This document shows positions 32,814 through 43,678 of a DNA stretch of 64,000 nt, in pieces. Location of the stretch: the sequence record OR352945.1; one strand, given 5' to 3'. The notes beneath the pieces were generated by a model. The model was not told where the DNA came from, searched no databases, and saw only the letters and a list, made by a program, of their open reading frames with translations. A program made the position numbers and the translations under genes. This stretch comes from Escherichia phage AV115. Each line of letters opens with the position of its first letter. Position 1 is the first letter of the stretch.

Positions 32814-33179
32814 TTAGATATCGAATTCGTTAAGAACTACATCAAAGATTGCTTCGAGATGTTCAGGTTTAGCTCGGTTACTCAGGATATGACGAATCCA
32901 AGTTTTAACCAGAAGTTTACGATTAACACCGTTCCAGCAAGGATGAGTACCTAAATCACGTTGACGGAAATCATCATCTAATGCAATTTTGAAGTTGGAA
33001 CCTTCCATCATGATTGAAACAGTAATGCCATTTTCAAATCGCATATAAACGTAATTAGGAGTCATATACTGCTCAATTTCACATACTGAACCATTTTTAT
33101 GCTTCCACAAGCAAACCATGTCGATAGAACCAGCGATACCGTTAGAAACATATTTACGTTCGAAGTTGATGTAGTTCAT
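32814..33179 (-). CDS. hypothetical early protein
   Basis: 121 aa; early promoter and hairpin directly upstream. Confidence 0.5.
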   Translation of the reverse strand: MNYINFERKYVSNGIAGSIDMVCLWKHKNGSVCEIEQYMTPNYVYMRFENGITVSIMMEGSNFKIALDDDFRQRDLGTHPCWNGVNRKLLVKTWIRHILSNRAKPEHLEAIFDVVLNEFDI

Positions 33180-33220
33180 TTTATTCTCCGGTTGTTTTAT
33201 TGATTAGGTGGTACAAGTCT

Positions 33221-33249
33221 ATAGTAACACATCCTACAGGAGAGTAAAC
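33221..33249 (-). promoter_or_regulatory. early sigma70-type promoter
   Basis: GTTTAC-N17-TACTATAGAC on minus strand, preceded by hairpin 33286-33303. Confidence 0.6.
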
Positions 33250-33285
33250 ATCTTTTTAAACTTTTTCTGCCCTAAACGCACAAAA

Positions 33286-33303
33286 GGGAGACCGAAGTCT
33301 CCC
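33286..33303 (-). terminator. stem-loop GGGAGACCGAAGTCTCCC (copy 1)
   Basis: Perfect 7-bp stem, CGAA loop, T-run on minus strand; precedes early promoter. Confidence 0.55.
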
Positions 33304-33308
33304 TAAAA

Positions 33309-33488
33309 TTATGCAACAACCTTTCCAAAACGAGAAGCATCATCTCGAAGAACTGCACGTGCTCTGCGCATGATCTTCTCAACGGTTTGATTAATACGAG
33401 AGTTCGACCCACGCTTGTATCCAGCGCGTTTAGAGGTACCATCAACTTTCTTTTCAACTGCTTTCTTTGCTTTAGCTTGTTTTGCCAT
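33309..33488 (-). CDS. small basic protein (59 aa)
   Basis: ORF not in track (59 aa): MAKQAKAKKAVEKK...; followed by hairpin terminator at 33286-33303. Confidence 0.4.
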   Translation of the reverse strand: MAKQAKAKKAVEKKVDGTSKRAGYKRGSNSRINQTVEKIMRRARAVLRDDASRFGKVVA

Positions 33489-33651
33489 TATAAATTCTCT
33501 TTAAATGAAAATGCAGGACTTATTGACATTGCCTGCTCAAGCCCTCAATGGGAACATAGGTTTTGGATATTTAACGACAGGATAACCATAAACCCGTCAT
33601 CATACCTACCATGACTTACACAGCTAACCTTTTGCTGACGCATGATAGCAA

Positions 33652-33900
33652 TTATTTCAAAGTAATAACAAAATGACGTACTGCTTTACGAGCTGCAGAA
33701 GCCAAAGGCTTAGCATATTTCAGTTCATCTTTTGCTTCCAGTTCAGAAGCCAAAGCTGCCTGGACCGGGTTCAGATGTTTGAAATAACGAAGGATTTCAA
33801 GAGCTTCGGCTTCAACATCAATAGATGCGCCATAGTTTTCATGACCATTATTCCATGCGTTTCGTTGCAGTTCAAGAGCGTGTTGTAATTGTTTAATCAT
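33652..33900 (-). CDS. rIII: rIII lysis-inhibition accessory protein
   Basis: 82 aa, T4 rIII length, position between 30.x cluster and gene 31. Confidence 0.7.
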   Translation of the reverse strand: MIKQLQHALELQRNAWNNGHENYGASIDVEAEALEILRYFKHLNPVQAALASELEAKDELKYAKPLASAARKAVRHFVITLK

Positions 33901-34024
33901 TTTAAATTCTCAATTCGAGATAATATTTAGTAGCCACGTTCGTCTGAATTTCACCTTCTTTCGACAAGTCTCTCAGTTGTAGGCTACCGCTTAGAAGAGT
34001 GTTCTCTTCATATAGTTATTTATA

Positions 34025-34357
34025 TCACTTATAAAGACACGGAATAGCTTTATAGTGGCATGTTACGAATTTCTGTTTAATTTCTTTAGGTTGTTTAAGT
34101 CCCAAAGCCACAAATGGATGTGGAACATTTCGAATTTGTCCAACTGGTAGTGGAGTCAAATCACCGACTTCAACAAAACCTTCAGGAACATCAGGACCTA
34201 CAGAATGAACTACACATAGTTCAGGAACTTCACCTTGAACACGTTTACCAATCACAAGTCCTGATTCGGTAACTTCTTCATCACCTGCTTGAGCGGGTTC
34301 AGAAACCAGAATGACATATTCACCAACAGCACGAATTGGGAGTTGTACTTCAGACAT
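34025..34357 (-). CDS. 31: co-chaperonin (GroES analogue)
   Basis: 110 aa; near-identical to T4 gp31. Confidence 0.92.
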   Translation of the reverse strand: MSEVQLPIRAVGEYVILVSEPAQAGDEEVTESGLVIGKRVQGEVPELCVVHSVGPDVPEGFVEVGDLTPLPVGQIRNVPHPFVALGLKQPKEIKQKFVTCHYKAIPCLYK

Positions 34358-34414
34358 CTTATTTCCTTGTTGTTTGACGATAGATTAATAATACCATACT
34401 ATTCGTAAAGCATA

Positions 34415-34723
34415 TTACATAAGAAGCAAACGTTCTACCGGAGTACCATCAACCGAAATTACTTTATCAAGGCGGAAAGAACGCCACTGACCTAACTCGG
34501 TATCGAATGCTCGAACTGATTCACGAGGTTCAGAACGAACTTCTGTTGATGGGTTACTATTTTCATATTTGACTTCAAGTTCGTCGCGGGAAGCAAACAT
34601 CGTACGAACATCACCGTTAGCCTTTTCAAATACAACACAATGAACGCCTACAGACAGAATAGTTTTAATACGTTCACGAAGAACCATAGTTTCTTGTTCA
34701 GTTAAAATCATATTATTCACCAC
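34415..34723 (-). CDS. hypothetical protein
   Basis: 102 aa ORF between cd and gene 31. Confidence 0.45.
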   Translation of the reverse strand: MVNNMILTEQETMVLRERIKTILSVGVHCVVFEKANGDVRTMFASRDELEVKYENSNPSTEVRSEPRESVRAFDTELGQWRSFRLDKVISVDGTPVERLLLM

Positions 34724-35294
34724 AAAAGTTTCGAATTTGTTCCCAATTCAGAGAACGAAGATTATTACGAGAGTACTGAATTACTTCAATACCGGCTTTT
34801 TTTAGAATGTCTGCCCAATTTTCAGGAGATCGGTCATATAATTCTGCATATACAACCTTTTTAATACCTGACTGTGTAATAGCTTTAGTGCAATCAGGAC
34901 ATGGAGAAAGCGTCGTATACAACGTAGCACCTTCAATAGAATTACCTTTACGAGCTGCAAACAAAATTGCATTCAATTCCGCATGGATTTCGTTATTAGC
35001 AGACCATGCACTATGAGCGGCCCGATGTTCTTTAGCCAAAACAAAATTATCCACCCGTCCAAATGCTGTAGTGCCTTCTTTATGCCCAGCAACGATGACC
35101 GGGCTTGGTTTATTCTTCAACCAACCATTTTCGGATGCATGTTCGCAACAGTTTGTACCACCTGAAGGAGAGCCATTATAACCTGTAGAAATAATGCGTC
35201 CATCTTTTTCAATGACGGCGCCAACTTTCCATGAACAACATTTTGATTCTTGAGAAATCAGATAAGCAATCTGAAGATATGTGCTAGCTTTCAT
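34713..35294 (-). CDS. cd: dCMP deaminase
   Basis: 193 aa; HAELNAI and PCPDC zinc-binding motifs. Confidence 0.95.
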   Translation of the reverse strand: MKASTYLQIAYLISQESKCCSWKVGAVIEKDGRIISTGYNGSPSGGTNCCEHASENGWLKNKPSPVIVAGHKEGTTAFGRVDNFVLAKEHRAAHSAWSANNEIHAELNAILFAARKGNSIEGATLYTTLSPCPDCTKAITQSGIKKVVYAELYDRSPENWADILKKAGIEVIQYSRNNLRSLNWEQIRNFCGE

Positions 35295-36286
35295 TATTGA
35301 ACCTTATTAATATAAGTTAACAGCTCTTTAGTTTGTTCCCAACTGATGCACGCATCGGTAATGGAAACGCCATAGGACATATTATCAGAAATTTTTTGAT
35401 TTCCTTCATGTAGGAATGATTCTATCATAATTCCTTTGACCAAATCATTAGCTGCTAAATTTTTACCAATACCAATTTGATTGCTATAATGCCCATCAGC
35501 GTTTGCATGGCTACAGTCAACCATTACATAATGATTCAGACCTACTGCCCTTGCTTTGTTAGAAGCTTCTTGAATATCAGAAGAATGATAGTTCGGGCCG
35601 TTGGTCCCGCCACGCAATACGATATGCGTATTCTGATTACCTTCAGCTTCAACAATGCCTACAGTACCATCGACGTCCATACCCATATACCGATGAGGCC
35701 AGGCGGCACTATACATCGCGTCTGTAGCTACTTTAATAGAACCATTGGTTGCGTTCTTGAAGCCTACGCACATCGGTAGACCTGAAGCAATTTCACGATG
35801 TGTCTGACTTTCAGTCGTACGGGCGCCAATAGCAACCCATGAGAAAATACCAGAAAGATACTTAATCGTGAATGGGTCTAATACTTCAGTTGCTAATGGA
35901 AGTCCCATACGTAGAAGTTTACGACACAATGTTCGTGCAACTATAAGACCGTGGTTCATATCAAAACTTCCGTCAAGATATGGATCATTTACAAGACCTT
36001 TCCAACCTACGGTAGTTCGAGGCTTTTCAAAATAAACGCGCATCACTAACAGAACATTAGGAAGACGAGTTTGAAGTTCAGCCAGACGTTTGCCGTATTC
36101 AACAGCAGCAATAGGGTCATGAATTGAACAAGGACCTACAACAATAAGTTTGCGTGGGTCTTCACCGTTCATAATCGAATTAACTTGTTCGCGATGAGAA
36201 GCCACTTGTGATGCGTAAGCTTCCGACAAAGGAATAATCTCAGCCAGTTCTTTTGGAGAAATAAGTTTTCCGACGACAGGTAACAT
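35294..36286 (-). CDS. 3-deoxy-D-arabino-heptulosonate 7-phosphate (DAHP) synthase, class I
   Basis: 330 aa; full-length similarity to AroG/AroF (GPCSIHD, VYFEKPRTTVGWKGL, IGARTTESQ, KPGxxD motifs); stop overlaps cd start. Confidence 0.88.
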   Translation of the reverse strand: MLPVVGKLISPKELAEIIPLSEAYASQVASHREQVNSIMNGEDPRKLIVVGPCSIHDPIAAVEYGKRLAELQTRLPNVLLVMRVYFEKPRTTVGWKGLVNDPYLDGSFDMNHGLIVARTLCRKLLRMGLPLATEVLDPFTIKYLSGIFSWVAIGARTTESQTHREIASGLPMCVGFKNATNGSIKVATDAMYSAAWPHRYMGMDVDGTVGIVEAEGNQNTHIVLRGGTNGPNYHSSDIQEASNKARAVGLNHYVMVDCSHANADGHYSNQIGIGKNLAANDLVKGIMIESFLHEGNQKISDNMSYGVSITDACISWEQTKELLTYINKVQ

Positions 36287-36406
36287 AACAATCCTTAGGA
36301 GATATAAACAGATTCTGATTCAACAATACCTTTAACCGGATTAGACAGGCTAAGTTGGTAGTGCTCAGATTTATGACCATTCTCGATAGTAATGAGATAG
36401 CTCTCA

Positions 36407-36643
36407 TTATAGTGTTCCATATACTCGAGTTGCTTCAACAAGACCATCACTGCCTAATTTAAGATTAGTAATTTGGTCACCATCTTTAGGATTAACGATT
36501 ATGAGAAAAGAACGTGGAGATTCTTGAATAACTCGTAATGTTGCATCTTGGAAACGTTCAGACACTTTATTGATGAGTGCTTGAGCAAATTCTTTTACTT
36601 TAATCTGAAATTCGTGTACTGTAATTGGGTTTTCACTTAGCAT
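36407..36643 (-). CDS. hypothetical early protein
   Basis: 78 aa; ATG with SD GAGGAA; early promoter at 36672-36701. Confidence 0.45.
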   Translation of the reverse strand: MLSENPITVHEFQIKVKEFAQALINKVSERFQDATLRVIQESPRSFLIIVNPKDGDQITNLKLGSDGLVEATRVYGTL

Positions 36644-36671
36644 TTCTATTTCCTCATTTGTTGGTAGAGTT

Positions 36672-36701
36672 ATAGTATCACAACTCCACCATGTTGTAAA
36701 C
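36672..36701 (-). promoter_or_regulatory. early sigma70-type promoter (operon containing DAHP synthase and cd)
   Basis: GTTTAC-N18-TACTAT(AAC) on minus strand; leader CAACAAATGAGGAAA before ATG 36643. Confidence 0.55.
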
Positions 36702-36703
36702 CA

Positions 36704-36979
36704 TTAAATTGCTTTGCATTCAATTTTTTGTGTACCGAAATTGATATCACATTGGATAACTAAATCGCCGTCAAGATCAAATACCACTATGACGTGTGCA
36801 GACCCAGGGAGAAGAGTAATAGCAATAGAATCTACTTGGTCTGGGAGCAAAGCATTGAGTACATGAGTTAGTTGAGCATGAACTCTGAGTTCGGCTGCAA
36901 TATCAAGCACTTCAAACATATTATTAGCAATAATCTGACTGAAGACTACCTTTACAATTTCAGAATATTTAGGGAACAT
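36704..36979 (-). CDS. hypothetical protein
   Basis: 91 aa ORF. Confidence 0.4.
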   Translation of the reverse strand: MFPKYSEIVKVVFSQIIANNMFEVLDIAAELRVHAQLTHVLNALLPDQVDSIAITLLPGSAHVIVVFDLDGDLVIQCDINFGTQKIECKAI

Positions 36980-36986
36980 AATTACC

Positions 36987-37211
36987 TCAGTGCACAGTAT
37001 TTACTTTAACTCGAACAACAAATCGCTCGGTTGGTTCACCGACGGGAACAAACTCTACATGATATTCACCTTTGTAACGAGTATTCAGATCATTACGAAT
37101 TCCTGCGAGTTTGTTGATTAATGTAGGACTCATATTAAGTCCCACTAGTTTACGAAGCATTTTGTATGCTTCATCTTCGATTTCATGATGTTTATCGTAC
37201 ATAGTTTTCAT
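36987..37211 (-). CDS. hypothetical protein
   Basis: 74 aa ORF. Confidence 0.4.
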   Translation of the reverse strand: MKTMYDKHHEIEDEAYKMLRKLVGLNMSPTLINKLAGIRNDLNTRYKGEYHVEFVPVGEPTERFVVRVKVNTVH

Positions 37212-37382
37212 TTAACCATTCAATTGCCTGGTCGACGTTATCAAATATACCGCCGTCCAAACGTTCTTCACGCTCATAGTCCATCACATCAATACCGAAC
37301 TGTCCATTTACTAAAGGCCAGGCTACAAACAAATATTCTTTATGATGTTCGATGGCCTCAATCACTTCATATAATCGTTTCA

Positions 37383-37383
<1 letters not shown>
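37192..37383 (-). CDS. hypothetical protein
   Basis: 63 aa ORF directly downstream of pseT. Confidence 0.4.
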
Positions 37384-38469
<1,086 letters not shown>

Positions 38470-38470
<1 letters not shown>

Positions 38471-38769
38471 TATTTTATTCCTAAGAAAGTTTCAAGAATA
38501 CGAATGTTATGCTCGCGCCGGTCTTTATTAATTTCAGCAACGTTTTTATTGATTGACGTACTTCTAACGTTTGAAGAAATAAATTTAATCATATGACTTT
38601 TGAGTTGTTGCAAATCCAACCCTTTTTCTTTAGCAGCTTTACGAAGAGCTTTACCTGCTTCATCTAGTGCCTTTGCTGCATCTTTGTCATAATCGACAAG
38701 TGACATTCCACGGCAGATATCAATATACTCATCAGACCGTTTGATGTAATTCTCTAGTAATGTTTTCAT
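38470..38769 (-). CDS. hypothetical protein
   Basis: 99 aa ORF. Confidence 0.4.
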
Positions 38770-38826
38770 TTAGATTTCCTCAATTATCCATAGGAGCATT
38801 ATACTCTGCTCCCGAGAGTTTGTAAA

Positions 38827-39051
38827 CTATTTTACTAAAGATTCAATATACTCATGAAGAGCTTTAGTAGCTACTGCCCACTTATTCTGATATTCATTTT
38901 TCAGATTAGCACGAGACTGAACTAACAAGCGGTCATTAGTCGGAGGCAAAGATTCTAATCGTTGAATCTGGCGCCCATAAATCATAGCCGCCATTTCAGA
39001 TTCATAGATAAGCCCTTTAATGTATTCATGCTGTTCTTTAGTCATTGGCAT
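38827..39051 (-). CDS. hypothetical protein
   Basis: 74 aa ORF. Confidence 0.4.
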   Translation of the reverse strand: MPMTKEQHEYIKGLIYESEMAAMIYGRQIQRLESLPPTNDRLLVQSRANLKNEYQNKWAVATKALHEYIESLVK

Positions 39052-39332
39052 TTTTCCTCTTTTAAACCACTACGATAATAACATAACATAGTCTTCTGGT
39101 CATGTACATATCTTTTTATGTCGTTTAACCAGATACGAAATTCTTGAGAGTCTTCAAATGGCATTCCAACCCATGGATTACCATCAATAACCTTTACTTG
39201 CCATTTCTGGTTATATTCAGCAATAGATTCAGGCCATGGCGGATGTAAAGTTTCTTTAGGGCTTAAGGGCACATCCTGGGCACATCCAGCCAAAATGCCA
39301 ATAGATAATACAACTGCGGTTAATTTAATCAT
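39042..39332 (-). CDS. pseT.2: outer-membrane spanin (lipoprotein)
   Basis: 96 aa; signal peptide with lipobox ILAGC, Pro-rich; overlaps upstream partner. Confidence 0.65.
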   Translation of the reverse strand: MIKLTAVVLSIGILAGCAQDVPLSPKETLHPPWPESIAEYNQKWQVKVIDGNPWVGMPFEDSQEFRIWLNDIKRYVHDQKTMLCYYRSGLKEEKCQ

Positions 39333-39685
39333 TCTGAGAGCTTCCTGAGGTCTTCTGCAAAGGAATCGAAGGACCTGTTGATTTGTTTTTCGACCAATCC
39401 TGGCTTACTTGCCACCACGTTCTTCTTCTTCGAATCCTGACGGAGCTTTTCATTTTCGGCCTTAAGTTGGTCAACTAAAACACGGTTCTTATAAGTCATT
39501 TCTTCGATTGACTGATATTGAACCTTGAAGTCGTCTAATACTTTAGCATTGTTTTTAGCGGTCTCTTTGACAGAAGCTAATTCAGTATTCAACGAATCAA
39601 CTTTGTTGTTTAAGACCACTATTGTTACCGTAGAAACTAGAGCAAAAGCTGCTACTATAGCATAAATCGGATTTACTTTAAGCAT
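39329..39685 (-). CDS. pseT.3: inner-membrane spanin
   Basis: 118 aa; N-terminal TM helix (IYAIVAAFALVSTVTIVVL) then coiled-coil. Confidence 0.65.
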   Translation of the reverse strand: MLKVNPIYAIVAAFALVSTVTIVVLNNKVDSLNTELASVKETAKNNAKVLDDFKVQYQSIEEMTYKNRVLVDQLKAENEKLRQDSKKKNVVASKPGLVEKQINRSFDSFAEDLRKLSE

Positions 39686-40173
39686 GTTTTAATAATCTCA
39701 ATGATTTCATCTCGGGATAAACCATTAATAAGAACGGTTTTCAAACCATCACACTGGACTTTGTATGATTCAAACAATACACACAACTCTTCTGCTGTAT
39801 GATATGGACTTGAAATTCCAAGGCGGTTGAATTTGTCGGTAAGAGGGTCGCAAATGATGTAGAATTTTATACCTGCGATATGTACGTTTGGTTGACTAAT
39901 ATTAATGAACACATTAGCGTCGTATTTAGTCAAATTGTTTTGAAGAAATTCTACCATGGCATTAACTGCTTCCGGCATCGCTTCGCGTTTCTCTTCAGCG
40001 TATCGGGTGGAATACTCTTTTTGTTTTACTTTCTTTTTAAGATTTTTGGCCAGTGTAACACGTAGGTCAGTAAGATAACCAACTGGACGTCCTTTCTTAA
40101 AGACCCGGATTCCGTCAGTTGTATCTCCAAAAGCGGTTACGACCATATCGTTAGTAATCAATTGCATATTCAT
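39673..40173 (-). CDS. alc: Alc-like protein (host transcription elongation inhibitor)
   Basis: Position between rnlA and spanins as T4 alc; start moved from 40236 to ATG 40173 (SD GAGGAG, 166 aa) because early promoter lies inside the longer ORF. Confidence 0.5.
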   Translation of the reverse strand: MNMQLITNDMVVTAFGDTTDGIRVFKKGRPVGYLTDLRVTLAKNLKKKVKQKEYSTRYAEEKREAMPEAVNAMVEFLQNNLTKYDANVFINISQPNVHIAGIKFYIICDPLTDKFNRLGISSPYHTAEELCVLFESYKVQCDGLKTVLINGLSRDEIIEIIKTCLK

Positions 40174-40203
40174 AATTTTCTCCTCTGGTTGTTGATAAAA
40201 GCC

Positions 40204-40233
40204 ATAGTAACACCTTCCTTGGTGTTTGTAAAC
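40204..40233 (-). promoter_or_regulatory. early sigma70-type promoter (alc)
   Basis: GTTTAC-N18-TACTATGGC on minus strand upstream of SD GAGGAG / ATG 40173. Confidence 0.55.
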
Positions 40234-40235
40234 CA

Positions 40236-41369
<1,134 letters not shown>

Positions 41370-41386
41370 TCAGTTAGTTTTTTTAA

Positions 41387-41416
41387 ATTGTACCACAATC
41401 CTTGTGGTGTGTAAAC
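41387..41416 (-). promoter_or_regulatory. putative early promoter (rnlA)
   Basis: GTTTAC -35 with TACAAT 18 nt downstream, ~27 nt before rnlA ATG; overlaps denA 3' end. Confidence 0.4.
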
Positions 41417-41826
41417 TACTTTTTCTTATGTTGGATATTCCAAGGCGGGTTGAACTTTTTGATAAAAAGTGGTTCTTCAAGGTCCATTGTTGCGATGGTC
41501 ATTGAACCAAGTTCGTTGGTGACTGAAAGGTCAAAACATTGGCGGGCCCAGAATTCAACCTTTTTGCCTTGCATTAAGGCATCCAAAATCATAAGTGATT
41601 TTCTTGAATCTGAAGTCTGGTCTTTTCGATTTATGGCTGTTCGATAATAGTTAATGCGTTTCTTTAAATTCTTGGTTTTACCAATATACACAAGTTCGTC
41701 ATCTATAGCAATAGCATATATAACATTTTTCTTATTAGGGGCATCAATGGTTTTAATTGTTGCATCTTCTAATAGCTCCAATTCTATATATTTAATAAAG
41801 GAATATTCGGCGGCAATATCTTTCAT
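41416..41826 (-). CDS. denA: endonuclease II (GIY-YIG)
   Basis: 136 aa, GIY-YIG-like motif (VIYAIAIDDELVYIGKTKNL); T4 denA length and position. Confidence 0.85.
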   Translation of the reverse strand: MKDIAAEYSFIKYIELELLEDATIKTIDAPNKKNVIYAIAIDDELVYIGKTKNLKKRINYYRTAINRKDQTSDSRKSLMILDALMQGKKVEFWARQCFDLSVTNELGSMTIATMDLEEPLFIKKFNPPWNIQHKKK

Positions 41827-41834
41827 AATAAAGT

Positions 41835-41848
41835 GGGACCGAAGTCCC
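41835..41848 (-). terminator. stem-loop between nrdB and denA
   Basis: GGGAC-cgaa-GTCCC immediately upstream of denA start. Confidence 0.4.
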
Positions 41849-41852
41849 GTCC

Positions 41853-42355
41853 TTAGAAATATTTTTTGTATGAATTGATTACATTTTGGTCTACATCATT
41901 ATCAATTTGTGCGACAAGATAAGAACTGATTTCAACTTCCTGAGGAGCTGCTTGAACTAAATCAGAGTTCAGATATTCACGAATCCAAGGATAAGGATGT
42001 TTGGTCGGAGCATCAGTAATTGGACACGGCAAACCACACTGTTTCATACGAGACACAGTCAAGTAATCAACAAAAGCACACATACTCTGTGTATTGATAC
42101 CTGGACATGTACCGTCTTTAAAGAGGTGTGCAGCCCATTCCTTCTCTTGACTATTTACTTCCATAAAAATGTCAACTGCTTCTTGTTCACATTCTTTAGC
42201 AATTTGAACCCACTCATCACCATCAGTACCGGATTGAAGTTGACGGATAATGTACTGAGTACCCTTGAGATGGAGTTGTTCGTCACGAGCAATGAACTTC
42301 ATAATCTTTGCATTGCCTTCCATAATTTCCATATTCTTATGGAAATTAAATGTAC
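41853..42355 (-). CDS. nrdB: ribonucleotide reductase small subunit, exon 2
   Basis: C-terminal NrdB (MEGNAKI..., ARDE..H iron ligands); exon start inferred at 42355 to restore conserved FAC(T)F junction. Confidence 0.8.
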
Positions 42356-42947
42356 CGTTATGTTCGATTGAGCTCGCTAATTCTCAACCCGTTCTCTTAT
42401 GAACTGCTGCATATTACTATGCAGACCAGACTATATCACAATCCCGGAGGGATTCTCCCCATTTCGAGTCGCTTGACCCTACGTCCGAAGACTAGTCGTT
42501 GAACCTTGCTTTGCAATTGTCGCCGTGCCATCGTTTATATGTCGATGGTGATAAATCTTTCTTTTCACAATATGGACAATTCAATTGAATTCTATTTGGA
42601 TTTAATTTGCATCTGTCATTATGTTTTAGATAAAACCCAGGACCTTTACCAATGTGACCGCAGAAATCACATGTGATTTCTTTTTGTGCAGGATGGGTTC
42701 CGTTCTTAACCATTTCTAATGTTTTTGCTGATGTTCTTCCATCAGAATCTTTAGGTATAGGCCCGTTAGCATCCATCCAAATTTTTCTATAATTCAATTG
42801 TGCATCCTCTTAAAAGTATAATCATATTTATTTTATAATATACTAATTAAAGGTGCAAGCAAAACCTTGGCTGCTAGTTTTCCTATAAAGGACTTTCCAG
42901 CAATTAAAGGAGTTTTCGATAAACGTTACCGTTTAAAGGCGCATTTT
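42356..42947 (-). mobile_element. group I self-splicing intron in nrdB
   Basis: ~592 nt interrupting conserved NrdB sequence between YVSFA and MEGNAKI; 5' exon ends in U, intron ends in G; boundaries approximate. Confidence 0.75.
42492..42797 (-). pseudogene. I-TevIII-like homing endonuclease remnant (intron ORF)
   Basis: 101 aa ORF inside intron with TTG start; CxxC...CxxC zinc-finger-like region but no HNH catalytic motif. Confidence 0.5.
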
Positions 42948-43623
42948 ACGCAAAAGATACATAAAAACGAATAGCTTCCAATGCATTGATGACATGCAAA
43001 CAAAGATAAAGAGATTTCATTAGGTCTCGTTTAGCTTCGGTCTCTTGTTTAATAGCTCGGTTTAAACGAAGGTCGGCATCAGGAGATTCTTTAGCTTGTT
43101 CTACAAATTCTTTAGCATTTTCCCAATTACGAGTCTTGACTAGAACATCATCATAATATTTACCTATTGATTCAGCTCGTTTCATGATTGCTTCGTCTAA
43201 TACAATCTCATCAAATACTTTGGATGGATCGGTATAAAGATTTCGCATAATATGAGTATACGAACGAGAGTGAATAGTTTCACTGAATGTCCATGTTGCA
43301 ACCCACGTATCTAATGAAGGGTCGGAAAGCAGTGCCATAAGTACCGCAGATGGGGCCCTGCCTTGGATAGAATCTAATAATGATTGATACTTAAGGTTGT
43401 TTGTAAAGATGTCCTGTTGGAACTGAGGAAGCTTATTGAACTGGGCCGAATCCAGCATCAGGTTTACTTCTTCTGGTCGCCAGAAAAACGACAATTGCTT
43501 TTCAATAAGTTCTTCAAAAACTTTATGTCGCTGAATATCATAACGTGCGAGGCCAAGACCAGAACCAAAGAACATTGGTTCATTCAAAACATCGACTTGT
43601 TGTGTGTTAAAAACTGTACTCAT
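42948..43623 (-). CDS. nrdB: ribonucleotide reductase small subunit, exon 1
   Basis: N-terminal NrdB (...EAIRFYVSFA); in-frame stop lies within intron. Confidence 0.85.
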
Positions 43624-43678
43624 TATATTTTCTCACTTAGTTATTAACTCATCCATGAGTAAATTATAATCAAAAGTC

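Noticed and set aside
33272-33457. Track ORF 33272..33457 (61 aa, minus)
   Set aside because: An overlapping alternative frame (33309..33488) has an ATG, a plausible RBS, a coherent basic protein and a downstream terminator; the track ORF looks like a frame artefact.
35294-36286. DAHP synthase as host DNA contamination or assembly chimera
   Set aside because: The gene is translationally coupled to cd (overlapping stop/start), has phage-like AT-rich codon usage, and sits inside a continuous early operon with a phage-type promoter.
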